The translations under genes were made by a program, and so were the position numbers. A stretch of 64,000 nt of DNA from Macrostomum hystrix (taxonomy: Eukaryota > Animalia > Platyhelminthes), in NCBI GenBank assembly GCA_950097015.1, contig CATNEN010000014.1, positions 1,302,001-1,366,000 of the forward strand, written 5' to 3'. The notes beneath the pieces are model-generated. The model was not told the DNA's origin and ran no database searches. It saw only the letters and a list, made by a program, of their open reading frames with translations. Positions 27,220 to 40,119 of the stretch are shown piece by piece (the first letter of the stretch is position 1; each line of letters starts with the position of its first letter).

Positions 27220-28913
27220 TGAGGCGATTTGAGATCAGGCAATGGGAGATCAGGCAATGGGAGATCAGGCGATGGGAGATCAGGCAATGGGAGATCAGAC
27301 GATGGGAGATCAGGCGATAGGAGATGAGGCGATGGGAGATCAGGCGATAGGAGATCAGGCGATGGGAGATCAGGCGATGGGAGATCAGGCGACGGGAGAT
27401 GAGCCGATGGGAGATCAGGCGATGGGAGATCAGGCGATGGGAGATCAGGCGATGGGAGATGAGGCGATGGGAGATCAGGCGATGGGAGATCAGGCGGGGG
27501 AAGATCAGGCGATTGGAGATCAGGCGATGGGAGATTAGGCGATGGGAGATCAGGCGATAGGAGATGAGGCGATGGGAGATGAGACGATGGGAGATGATGC
27601 GATGGGAGATTAGGCGACGGGAGATGAGGCAATGGGAGATTAGGCGATGGGAGATCAGGCAATGGGAGATCTGGCGATGGGAGATCAGGCAATGGGAGAT
27701 CAGGCGATGGGAGATCAGGCGATAGGAGATGAGGCGATGAGAGATCAGGCGATAGGAGATCAGGCGATGGGAGATCAGGCGATGGGAGATCAGGCGACGG
27801 GAGATGAGCCGATGGGAGATCAGGCGATGGGAGATCAGGCGCTGGGAGATCAGGCGATGGGAGATGAGGCGATGGGAGATCAGGCGATGGGAGATCAGGC
27901 GATGGGAGATGACGCGATGGGAGATCAGGCGATGGGAGATCAGGCGATGGGAGATCAGGCAATGGGAGATCAGACGATGGGAGATCAGGCGATAGGAGAT
28001 GAGGCGATGGGAGATCAGGCGATAGGAGATCAGGCGATGGGAGATCAGGCGATGGGAGATCAGGCGACGGGAGATGAGCCGATGGGAGATCAGGCGATGG
28101 GAGATCAGGCGATGGGAGATCAGGCGATGGGAGATGAGGCGATGGGAGATCAGGCGATGGGAGATCAGGCGGGGGAAGATCAGGCGATTGGAGATCAGGC
28201 GATGGGAGATTAGGCGATGGGAGATCAGGCGATAGGAGATGAGGCGATGGGAGATGAGACGATGGGAGATGATGCGATGGGAGATTAGGCGACGGGAGAT
28301 GAGGCAATGGGAGATTAGGCGATGGGAGATCAGGCAATGGGAGATCTGGCGATGGGAGATCAGGCAATGGGAGATCAGGCGATGGGAGATCAGGCGATAG
28401 GAGATGAGGCGATGAGAGATCAGGCGATAGGAGATCAGGCGATGGGAGATCAGGCGATGGGAGATCAGGCGACGGGAGATGAGCCGATGGGAGATCAGGC
28501 GATGGGAGATCAGGCGCTGGGAGATCAGGCGATGGGAGATGAGGCGATGGGAGATCAGGCGATGGGAGATCAGGCGATAGGAGATGACGCGATGGGAGAT
28601 CAGGCGATGGGAGATCAGGCGATAGGAGATGACGCGATGGGAGATCAGGCGATGGGAGATCAGGCGATGGGAGGTCAGGCGATAGGAGATGTGGCGACGG
28701 GAGATGAGGCGATGGGAGATCAGGCGATGGGAGATGAGGCGATGGGAGATGAGGCAATGGGAGATGAGGCGATGGGAGATTAGGCGATGGGAGATCAGGC
28801 GATAGGAGATGACGCGATGGGAGATCAGGCGATGGGAGATCAGGCGATAGGAGATCTGGCGATGGGAGATCAGGCGATAGGAGATGACGCGATGGGAGAT
28901 CAGGCGATGGGAG
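27220..28913. repeat. Satellite C in F3 unit 3 (675-bp higher-order repeat)
   Basis: Tandem 15-mers; identical variant order at 27647 and 28322. Confidence 0.97.
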
Positions 28914-29581
28914 TTCTGTCCCCTCAACCTCCTCCGGAGGAGGAGTTTAGCTCGTCTAAATATACTAAAATTCACGTGTTGTTTGTCTGTCTGTCTGTCT
29001 GTTGGTTATCTCCTCCTAGAATACTGACAAGTCAACTTTGAAACTTATATGGGAAAATGGGAAATTTTCCTGGTCAGGCTATAGGCTATTTTAATTCTGA
29101 AATTTCAAATTCTAAGATCCTCAAAAAAGCAGAAAAATGATTTCGTAACCTTCTCTGGACACTTTTTTCTTTTGAGCTGAGAAAACTGGAGTCGGTTAAA
29201 GTGGTTGCGCTATCATTTCGGCCTATCTGTTCAGTGTATTTTCTCTCCAGTGGAGGGTTGGCAGTCGGTTTGAAAATGGGGCGGAGAGGTGGCCGTACGC
29301 ACATTCTAACTGTCCCTGTGTATTGGCGGAGAGAGGGTGCCGCGAGTTATTTCTATTGAGGGGTCTGATTTGTTCAATATTGAAGTGCGTACAATGGGCT
29401 GGGGCGGAGTTGGTGGGGTTAAAATTCTATTAAAAAACTTGGCGGGCCTCTCACTGTGGGCGGAGAAGAATGTGCTTGCTAAACTGGCTGCCCTATGCGC
29501 TAAAGGCAATGAAATTTCAACTGTGAATTGTCCTTTTGCTTTTTAACATTTGTGGATAAAATTTGTACTGCTAGAAAGAAC

Positions 29582-30600
29582 TGAGGCGATCAGAGATCAG
29601 GGGATGGGAGATGAGGCGATGGGAAATTAGGCGATAGGAGATCAGGCAGCAGGACATCTGGCGATGGGAGATGAGGTGATGGGTGATCAGGTGAAGGGAG
29701 ATGAGGCGATGGGAGATGAGGCGATGGGAGATGAGGTGATCGGTGATCAGGTGATGGGAGATGAGGCGATGGGAGATGAGGCAATGGGAGATGAGGCGAT
29801 GGGAGATCAGGCGATAGGAGATGAGGCGATGGGAGATGAGGCGATGGGAGATGAGGTGATCGGTGATCAGGTGATGGGAGATGAGGCGATGGGAGATGAG
29901 GCGATGGGAGATGAGGCAATGGGAGATGAGGCGATGGGAGATCAGGCGATAGGAGATGAGGCGATGGGAGATGAGGCAATGGGAGATTAGGCGATGGGAG
30001 ATGAGGCGATGGGAGATCAGGCGACGGGAGATCAGGCGACGGGAGATGAGGCGATGGGAGATCAGGCGATGGGAGATCAGGCGATGGGAGATGAGGCGAT
30101 GGGAGATGAGGCAATGGGAGATTAGGCGATGGGAGATGAGGCGATGGGAGATCAGGCGATGGGAGATTAGGCGATGGGAGATGAGGCGATGGGAGATTAG
30201 GCGATGGGAGATCAGGCGATAGGAGATGAGGCGATGGGAGATGAGGCGATGGGAGATCAGGCGACGGGAGATCAGGCGACGGAAGATGAGGCGATGGGAG
30301 ATCAGGCGATGGGAGATCAGGCGATGGGAGATGAGGCGATGGGAGATGAGGCAATGGGAGATGAGGCGATGGGAGATCAGGCGATGGGAGATTAGGCGAT
30401 GGGAGATGAGGCGATGGGAGATGTGGCGACGGGAGATGAGGAAATGGGAGATTAGGCGATGGGAGATCAGGTAATGGGAGATCTGGCGATGAGAGATCAG
30501 GCGATAGGAGATGAGGCGATGGGAGATGAGGCGATGGGAGATGAGACGGTGGAAGATCAGGCGAGGGAAGATCAGGCGATTGGAGATCAGGCGATGGGAG
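29582..30600. repeat. Satellite C in F3 unit 4
   Basis: Tandem 15-mers. Confidence 0.97.
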
Positions 30601-31847
30601 TTCTCTCCCCTCAACCTCCTCCGGAGGAGGAGTTTAGCTCGTAAATATACTAATTTTCACGTGTTGTTTGTCTGTCTGTGTGTCTGTGTGTCAGTTCGAC
30701 ATCTCCTCCTAGAATACTGGCAACTCAGCGTTGAAACTTATATGGGAAAATGGGAAATTTTCCGAGGAAGGCTATAGGCTATTTTAATTCTGAAATTTCA
30801 AATTATAAGATCCTCAAAAAAGCAGAAAGGCTATTAAGTAGTATATAGTAGGCAAATGTCCTTCCCGCTTAGACGAAATTGGCTTTGGTTAAATGAGTTG
30901 CGTCAACATTTTGTGCCTATCTGTTTAGTGTATTTTCTCTCCAGTGGAGGGTTGGCAGTCGGTTTGAAAATGGGGCAGAGAGGAGGCCGTACGCACATTC
31001 TAACTGTCCCTGTGTATTGGCGGAGAGAGGGTGCCGCGAGTTATTTCTATTGAGGGGTCTGATTTGTTCAATATTGAAGTGCGTACAATGGGCAGGGCAG
31101 AGTTGGCTGGGTTAAAATTCAATTGATAAAATTGCGGGCCTCTCAGTGTAGGCGGAGAAGAATGTGCTTACTAAACTGGCTGCCTTTTGCAGAAATTTCA
31201 ACTGAGAATTATTATTTTGCTTTTTTAAGATTTGTGGATAAAATTTGTACTGCTGGAGAGAACTTGAAGTTCTAAATCCAGAGATATAAATTTCATTGCT
31301 GAATTCCGAAAATTGGGGATGCCAAGGGCAAATAAAGTTTTTATACTTTTGCAATGCTTTCAGCTGAGTGTACAGTGTCTCGGCGAGATTGCTAAGGAGA
31401 GAGAATTCGCCACAATACAGTTTCACACATTCCTATTCTCGAAGGCGGGCTGTTGAATTTTATTTATTGAAATTCGCACCTCTGACTGAGCGGGGCCCGG
31501 AGAACTGGCTGTCGTCAATATTAATGGCTCGGACTTCACCTGTTTTAACGGGTGGGGTTTAATTTAAAGTTGTTGGAGTTCGCGCGATATGATTTCTAGC
31601 CCCTCAATCTTATCCGAAAGTTGTCGTCTATTTTAATTCTGAAGATTCTGGGCATGGTAGCTAAAGAAAAATTGGTCAATTTTGAATTGTTTTCAACAGT
31701 TTAGTCAGACAAAAGGCGGTTTACGCACATTGCTACTTCCAGACATCATTGGGTGAGGAGTTTTTGGTTAGTCAGTTTGGACACTGAGGTCTGAACTCTC
31801 TGAATTGAATAAAAAATGACTGTACATTCACGCAAGATCACACGGGG

Positions 31848-33019
31848 TGATGAGGCGATGGGAGATCAGGCAATGGGAGATCATGCGATGGGAGATTAGG
31901 CGATGGGAGATCAGGCGATGGGAGATGAGGCGATGGGAGATTAGGCGATGGGAGATCAGGCGACGGGAGATGAGGCGATGGGAGATCAGGCGATGGGAGA
32001 TGAGGCGATGGGAGATGAGGCGATGGGAGATCAGGCAATGGGAGATGAGGCGATGGGAGATGAGGTGATGGGTGATCAGGTAATGCGAGATGAGGCGATG
32101 GATGATGAGGCGATGGGAGATGAAGCGATGGGAGATGAGGCGATGGGAGATGAGGTGATCGGTGATCAGGTGATGGGAGATGAGGCGATGGGAGATGAGG
32201 CAATGGGAGATGAGGCGATGGGAGATCAGGCGATAGGAGATGAGGCGATGGGAGATGAGGCGATGGGAGATGAGGTGATCGGTGATCAGGTGATGGGAGA
32301 TGAGGCGATGGGAGATGAGGCGATGGGAGATGAGGCAATGGGAGATGAGGCGATGGGAGATCAGGCGATAGGAGATGAGGCGATGGGAGATGAGGCAATG
32401 GGAGATTAGGCGATGGGAGATGAGGCGATGGGAGATCAGGCGACGGGAGATCAGGCGACGGGAGATGAGGCGATGGGAGATCAGGCGATGGGAGATCAGG
32501 CGATGGGAGATGAGGCGATGGGAGATGAGGCAATGGGAGATTAGGCGATGGGAGATGAGGCGATGGGAGATCAGGCGATGGGAGATTAGGCGATGGGAGA
32601 TGAGGCGATGGGAGATTAGGCGATGGGAGATCAGGCGATAGGAGATGAGGCGATGGGAGATGAGGCGATGGGAGATCAGGCGACGGGAGATCAGGCGACG
32701 GAAGATGAGGCGATGGGAGATCAGGCGATGGGAGATCAGGCGATGGGAGATGAGGCGATGGGAGATGAGGCAATGGGAGATGAGGCGATGGGAGATCAGG
32801 CGATGGGAGATTAGGCGATGGGAGATGAGGCGATGGGAGATGTGGCGACGGGAGATGAGGAAATGGGAGATTAGGCGATGGGAGATCAGGTAATGGGAGA
32901 TCTGGCGATGAGAGATCAGGCGATAGGAGATGAGGCGATGGGAGATGAGGCGATGGGAGATGAGACGGTGGAAGATCAGGCGAGGGAAGATCAGGCGATT
33001 GGAGATCAGGCGATGGGAG
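31848..33019. repeat. Satellite C in F3 unit 5
   Basis: Tandem 15-mers. Confidence 0.97.
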
Positions 33020-34266
33020 TTCTCTCCCCTCAACCTCCTCCGGAGGAGGAGTTTAGCTCGTAAATATACTAATTTTCACGTGTTGTTTGTCTGTCTGTGT
33101 GTCTGTGTGTCAGTTCGACATCTCCTCCTAGAATACTGGCAACTCAGCGTTGAAACTTATATGGGAAAATGGGAAATTTTCCGAGGAAGGCTATAGGCTA
33201 TTTTAATTCTGAAATTTCAAATTATAAGATCCTCAAAAAAGCAGAAAGGCTATTAAGTAGTATATAGTAGGCAAATGTCCTTCCCGCTTAGACGAAATTG
33301 GCTTTGGTTAAATGAGTTGCGTCAACATTTTGTGCCTATCTGTTTAGTGTATTTTCTCTCCAGTGGAGGGTTGGCAGTCGGTTTGAAAATGGGGCAGAGA
33401 GGAGGCCGTACGCACATTCTAACTGTCCCTGTGTATTGGCGGAGAGAGGGTGCCGCGAGTTATTTCTATTGAGGGGTCTGATTTGTTCAATATTGAAGTG
33501 CGTACAATGGGCAGGGCAGAGTTGGCTGGGTTAAAATTCAATTGATAAAATTGCGGGCCTCTCAGTGTAGGCGGAGAAGAATGTGCTTACTAAACTGGCT
33601 GCCTTTTGCAGAAATTTCAACTGAGAATTATTATTTTGCTTTTTTAAGATTTGTGGATAAAATTTGTACTGCTGGAGAGAACTTGAAGTTCTAAATCCAG
33701 AGATATAAATTTCATTGCTGAATTCCGAAAATTGGGGATGCCAAGGGCAAATAAAGTTTTTATACTTTTGCAATGCTTTCAGCTGAGTGTACAGTGTCTC
33801 GGCGAGATTGCTAAGGAGAGAGAATTCGCCACAATACAGTTTCACACATTCCTATTCTCGAAGGCGGGCTGTTGAATTTTATTTATTGAAATTCGCACCT
33901 CTGACTGAGCGGGGCCCGGAGAACTGGCTGTCGTCAATATTAATGGCTCGGACTTCACCTGTTTTAACGGGTGGGGTTTAATTTAAAGTTGTTGGAGTTC
34001 GCGCGATATGATTTCTAGCCCCTCAATCTTATCCGAAAGTTGTCGTCTATTTTAATTCTGAAGATTCTGGGCATGGTAGCTAAAGAAAAATTGGTCAATT
34101 TTGAATTGTTTTCAACAGTTTAGTCAGACAAAAGGCGGTTTACGCACATTGCTACTTCCAGACATCATTGGGTGAGGAGTTTTTGGTTAGTCAGTTTGGA
34201 CACTGAGGTCTGAACTCTCTGAATTGAATAAAAAATGACTGTACATTCACGCAAGATCACACGGGG

Positions 34267-36098
34267 TGATGAGGCGATGGGAGATCAGGCAATGGGAGAT
34301 CATGCGATGGGAGATTAGGCGATGGGAGATCAGGCGATGGGAGATGAGGCGATGGGAGATTAGGCGATGGGAGATCAGGCGACGGGAGATGAGGCGATGG
34401 GAGATCAGGCGATGGGAGATGAGGCGATGGGAGATGAGGCGATGGGAGATCAGGCAATGGGAGATGAGGCGATGGGAGATGAGGTGATGGGTGATCAGGT
34501 AATGCGAGATGAGGCGATGGATGATGAGGCGATGGGAGATGAAGCGATGGGAGATGAGGCGATGGGAGATCAGGCGATGGGAGATGAGGCGATGGGAGAT
34601 CAGGCGATGGGAGATGAGGGGATGGGAGATCAGGCGACGGGAGATGAGGCGATGGGAGATGAGGCGATAGGAGATGTGGCGACGGGAGATTAGGCGATGG
34701 GAGATCAGGCGATGGGAGATGAGGCGATGGGAGATGAGGCGATGGGAGATTAGGCGATGGGAGATTAGGCGATGGGAGATCAGGCGATGGGAGATCAGGC
34801 GATAGGAGATGTGGCGACGGGAGATAAGGCGATGGGAGATGAGGCGATGGGAGATGAGGCGATGGGAGATTAGGCGATGGGAGATCAGGCGATAGGAGAT
34901 GAGGCGATGGGAGATGAGACGATGGGAGATGATGCGATGGGAGATTAGGCGATGGGAGATGAGGTGATGGGTGATCAGGTGATGGGAGATGAGGCGATGG
35001 GAGATGAGGCTATGGGAGATGAAGCGATGGGAGATGAGACGATGGGAGATGATGCGATGGGAGATTAGGCGATGGGAGATGAGGTGATGGGTGATCAGGT
35101 GATGGGAGATGAGGCGATGGGAGATGAGGCGATGGGAGATGAAGCGATGGGAGATCTGGCGACGGGAGATGAGGTGATGGGAGATGAGGCGATGGGAGAT
35201 GAAGCGATGGGAGATGAGGCGATGGGAGATCAGGCGATGGGAGATTAGGCGATGGGAGATGAGGCGATGGGAGATGAGGCGATGGGAGATGAGGCGATGG
35301 GAGATGAGGCGATGAAAGATGAGGCGATGGGAGATCAGGCGACGGGAGATGAGGGAATGGGAGATCAGGCGATGGGAGATGAGGCGATGGGAGATCAGGC
35401 GATGGGAGATCAGGCGATGGGAGATCAGGCGATGGGAGATGAGGCGATGGGTGATCAGGTGAAGGGAGATGAGGCGATGGGAGATGAGGCGATGAAAGAT
35501 GAGGCGATGGGAGATCAGGCGACGGGAGATGAGGCGATGGGAGATCAGGCGATGGGAGATGAGGCGATGGGAGATCAGGCGATGGGAGATCAGGCGATGG
35601 GAGATCAGGCGATGGGAGATCAGGCGATGGGAGATGAGGCGATGGGTGATCAGGTGAAGGGAGATGAGGCGATGGGAGATGAGGCGATGGGAGATGAGGC
35701 GATGGGAGATGAGGCGATGGGAGATGAGGCGATGGGAGATGAGGCGATGAAAGATGAGGCGATGGGAGATCAGGCGACGGGAGATGAGGGAATGGGAGAT
35801 CAGGCGATGGGAGATGAGGCGATGGGAGATCAGGCGATGGGAGATCAGGCGATGGGAGATCAGGCGATGGGAGATGAGGCGATGGGTGATCAGGTGAAGG
35901 GAGATGAGGCGATGGGAGATCAGGCGATGGGAGATCAGGCGATGGGAGATGAGGCGATGGGTGATCAGGTGAAGGGAGATGAGGCGATGGGAGATGAGGC
36001 GATGGGAGATCAGGCGATGGGAGATGAGGCGATGGGAGATGAGACGGTGGGAGATCAGGCGGGGGAAGATCAGGCGATTGGAGATCAGGCGATGGGAG
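34267..36098. repeat. Satellite C in F3 unit 6
   Basis: Tandem 15-mers. Confidence 0.97.
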
Positions 36099-36139
36099 TT
36101 CTCTCCTCTCAACCTCCTCCGGAGGAGGAGTTTAGCTCG

Positions 36140-37567
36140 TCTGTTATAATTGTACCACACTAATTTTCCGAACTCTACGTTATTAAGCTTAATCTGCCGT
36201 GCGTCATTAATCACATCTCTCTGCTCAACCGGCTTTCGGTTATTGCCGGGGGTAAATAAATTTAGTGGCGGGGAACGGTCAACCCCCCCTCTGCTGCCGT
36301 TCCGCTTGCAGTTTAAAGGCTGTAGTCTCTGGAGACAGTCTCGCGCTACATGACCTGGTTGGTCGCAGATGTAACAGGTTCTGGGTCGTGCAGTAGGCGC
36401 ATTCGCTCCCGCAGGATTGAAACGGTCATTGGCTGGTTGGCCTCGCCAACCTGACTGCCTTTCGACACCAGTCTGCTGTCTAGTGGGATTAAACTGCCTA
36501 GGTGGAAACATTCTGTTGTAACTGCTCATCTGCGGATTAAAATACGGTTGTGGCTGCGTCTGAGCCGGCGGTCTCATTGGCCGCTGAGTCTGCATCGATG
36601 CGAATTGTGGTCGCTGTTCCTGCCGGTAAAAGTACGGCGAACTCTCAGTGCGAAATTGCAGTGGTGGATAATAATTCGGTTCCTCTATCTGCTCAAACTG
36701 CGAGCTCTGCCTAGCGGCTTTGCCACGGAACTGTGCCTGCTTGACGGGTTCAACCTGGGAAACCAAAGTCTCAGGCGGTTCCGCTTTTCTTCTACCCTTA
36801 GCCCCTTGGCTTGCCAGCTCATCGAGGATCTCCTCGTTCTTGGCTGCTGCGAGCAAATCCATGGCGGTATAAGCGTCGCCTCTGGACCGTCTGATAGAAA
36901 TGACAGCCCGCCTAATTTTGTAATTCAAAATTCCGGCTTCAAATCGCTCAGAAATTCTTTCTCTGGCCTGATTTTCAAGGCCTGCCTTCCGAACCAATTC
37001 AACCAGAGCGTCATAAAAGTGCTCAAGGCTCTCGCCTTCCTGTTGTTTCCGGTTCATCAACTGAATTTTTGCTTCTTCCTGCTGGGCAACTGGCCTGAAT
37101 TTCTGCTGCAAACTCTCAACTAATCGTGGGTAAGCGAAGTTCGGGTCAAGGCCTAGATTAATATAAATCTTGTAAGCTTCTTCATCCAGCAAAGACAATA
37201 ATTGGCAGGCTCTGGCATCAGCCTCAATGGCGTTACCTTGGCAATAGTTAGTAAAAATCTTTAGAAAAACTTCAAAGTCTCCTCCGACAGCATAAGGCTT
37301 GGGTTTCGCTACTGAATTATTATTCCTATAAATAAGTCTAGGGGCAGCTCTCAAATTCTGGATCTGATTCTGCAGATCGGTAATTAAAGCTCTTAGTTGG
37401 TTATTGTCAGCTGCTAAGTTCTCTACTACTGCGGCTTGAGCATTGACCTGTGGGTCGGCTAAGTTTTGACCTTGGTCTGGCCCGAGAGCAGGGCCTTCAT
37501 TCTGTTCATTGGCTACGGCCGCAGGGTCTGGGCCAGCACCTCTAATTTCAACTCCTACACCCGCCAT
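36140..37567 (-). CDS. gag: Gypsy-like retrotransposon Gag with CCHC zinc knuckle and the N-terminal strand of a cold-shock domain
   Basis: ATG at 37567. Capsid-like segment (YAVGGDFEVFLKIF...LMNRKQQEGESLEHFYDAL), CYICDQPGHVARDC, then FGKLVWYNYNR at the insertion point. Confidence 0.85.
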
Positions 37568-38493
37568 GTACAATTTTTATGAGTCACTGATAAGAAAGTC
37601 TGCGCGGGCGCTTATCTATAATAGAATCTAACTAACCGAGGCAATAAAATTTCAATCGACCAATTGTACTAACACTGACCTTTTAAGTTTGTAGCAAAAA
37701 TAATAATAAGGTGGAATCTTTAATTAGATTGCAGAATAACTATATCAATATAAGAACCGTGGAGGTATGTACTTCTCCAGGCTATCTCTACAGCAGAGCT
37801 CTTAAACTTTCTTCTCAACAGGAATTCTCCTTTCTCTCAATAGAAATCAATCCTCCTTCAATAGAAATCTCTCCTCCCTGGGGGCTCCAAATGTGATATT
37901 TTGACTTAGGTCTCTCTTTACGTTGAGATTCCTAAATGAGGTCGGGTGTCCTACTCTTTGTGAGAGATTCGCTTTTCGCAACTCGAAAATAACGAAGACA
38001 AGACGATTTAAATTCCAAGCTAAACAGCTGATATTTAAGTGTTAATCAGTAAATAAGAGAAAGCTATGATCACTGATCAATTCCCCTGGCAGCGCTCTTT
38101 TCGTCCCCTGCCAGGTACTGTACTTAATTCAATCCAATTCACAATTCGCACTAACAAAATCTCGATAACCGCAACACAAAACACGAACTCTACTCGATAA
38201 CACGACACGATAAATAACACAAATAAATCCTAGACAAACAGATAGTCCCTATAACAAACAAGACAAATAACGCGAAACCTAACCAGAATCCCTAACATAA
38301 AACCGAGGCGACCAGCAAGTACTTCTGCACTATGGCACAACGATAGTTCTATCGTGCCACACCTAATGTCTGTTCGACGGCGTCCCACCGATGATTGTCG
38401 GCGATATGGAGAGTGCTTCCGTGCTTGCCAATCCCTATCTAACACTCCGTCAGCAGTTGGCCAGACGTACCGAGCTCAGCGCAAGCTACTTAC

Positions 38494-38942
38494 TGACGTG
38501 GGGTTGAGTGTGGGGGTTTTCTTTGACTAACTAGTTGGACCGGTTTACCCGTCCCGGTATCTATTTACTAGGATGCGTAACACGAATGAGAACAATATCA
38601 AGATCAAGAGCAAGAGCAAGGTCAAACGCGAGACCAGAATCACATGAGAACAATATTTCAGCGCAATAGTCAGTTTTATAGTCAAGCGCCCGCCCCAGCC
38701 CTCATCAAAGCCTGGGTGCCGGCCGCGCCGCTTGTTCTTCTGCCAGGTCGACCCTGCCGGTTAACGAACCGGCTGCTGATTGGCCCGGCTCGGGGTGTCG
38801 CACTTAAGTCGGTTCACTTCAATCGGCTAGCCGTCCTCCCATTGGTTGGGCCCACCAGACCAGGGCTAGTCTGATGCCTTGGCTGTAGAGCAGGGGTGAC
38901 CGGCCGGTCGCGTGTTAGGCCTGGCTGGGGTGCGCATGTACA
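38494..38942 (-). promoter_or_regulatory. Candidate LTR/promoter upstream of the gag-CSD ORF
   Basis: Minus-strand TATAAAA (38680-38674), two CCAAT boxes (about 38780 and 38843) and TG..CA limits. No matching second LTR and no clear primer-binding site. Confidence 0.3.
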
Positions 38943-40119
38943 AACAACTAACCTATAAGATACATTAAAATAATTCATAATATTGACGTGCGCGAATATG
39001 TTACTACTCGTACAAGTAGAAATATACGCATTATAAAAACATGCCGACACTACACCTGCCACATAAAAAATTAACGGTTTTGATTTTTTACTTTGCACCA
39101 AGCCAATGTGAGCAAATGACAATTGACAAACAAGCTCAAGCATATATTTTACTATGTAGTTTAATTTTAAATCACAGTTTATTTCTTCCCCTTGTAAGCC
39201 ATGTGATTTCGCGCAGCAACAACTTATGGAAAATAAAAGATCAAGGACTGACAGTTGCGACAATTTTACAACTAGATCAACAGCAACTTGTAAGTAGCTG
39301 TTAAGCACGTGCATGACCATGTGACGTCGTGAAGTCATATTTTGTTGTTACAATAAGTTTGCGTAGATATTAATTTTCTTTCGGTTCTTTCCATAAGGTT
39401 AGCAATAGTCGTTGATACTTGTTGAACTGTTTAATCACTTCAATGCCAATGGTTTGTTATATTGCGGTTTCGTAGAAATTCATAACCTTTAAAATGTATT
39501 CAAAGAAACGTGATTTTTAGAGCTGACCTGCGCGCCCCCCCTTTCTCTCGCGCGTCCCCTGGTTTGCTCTCTCTTTCCTTGCTCGTTCATTTGTTCTGCG
39601 ACTATGCGTGTTTAAATCGGAACGCTGAGGCAGCGCGAGAGAGCAACAGCAAGCAATTTAGTTTTCAACTGGACGCCATCTAAATTTAAATCTAGAGTCT
39701 CGGCTATCAAGCCATTGGCCTATAATTTGTAGGGTAGATAAAGTTCAGACCTTATAGTAACCGTCTGTCTCGCACTGTCTAATAATCTCAAAGTGCTTGA
39801 GTCGTCGAGCTCATAAAGTGCAGTTGTACGCTTCGAAAGAAATAAGTAAATACGTCAACTGAAGAACAAATATACCGTTACACGTTCGCCATTGTTTATC
39901 GTCACAACCACGAAATGCAAAAGAAAACTTTTTGAAAAAATACAGTTGCCATGTTTTTAGACTATTTTAAAACAAAGCCTACTAAAAATAATTATTGCTA
40001 CAAAAAAATAGGGTTTACAATCGGCAAAGTTGTATAATAGAACAATTGGTCTGGAAGAAATCACTTTTTACTTTGGGGTTAATATTTTCAACAATAATAG
40101 GCGGCAATCATATGAACTT

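Larger units (their letters stand above)
22833..36139 (+). mobile_element. Six head-to-tail Helitron F3 units (22833-24733, 24734-26600, 26601-28954, 28955-30641, 30642-33060, 33061-36139)
   Basis: Each unit starts T(C)TAAATATACTAA..CACGTG plus (GTCT)n and ends with the palindrome CCTCCTCCGGAGGAGG, then AGTTTAG-CTCG. No target-site duplication. Confidence 0.8.

Noticed and set aside
23465-36098. TTAGGC (nematode telomere hexamer) in satellite C
   Set aside because: It is only an occasional variant within a 15-mer and never tandem.
94-36163. Dozens of repetitive ORFs: (QLTMIP)n, (VNWGII)n, (GDHCQL)n, (HRLIS)n, (PDLPS)n, (MGDEA)n
   Set aside because: They are translations of 18- and 15-bp satellites whose period is a multiple of 3. 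They are open in several frames and on both strands and are broken by random indels.
39500-39900. GC/AT-mixed block that looked like a repeat or structured RNA
   Set aside because: No terminal repeats, ribozyme core or Pol III boxes could be identified by eye.
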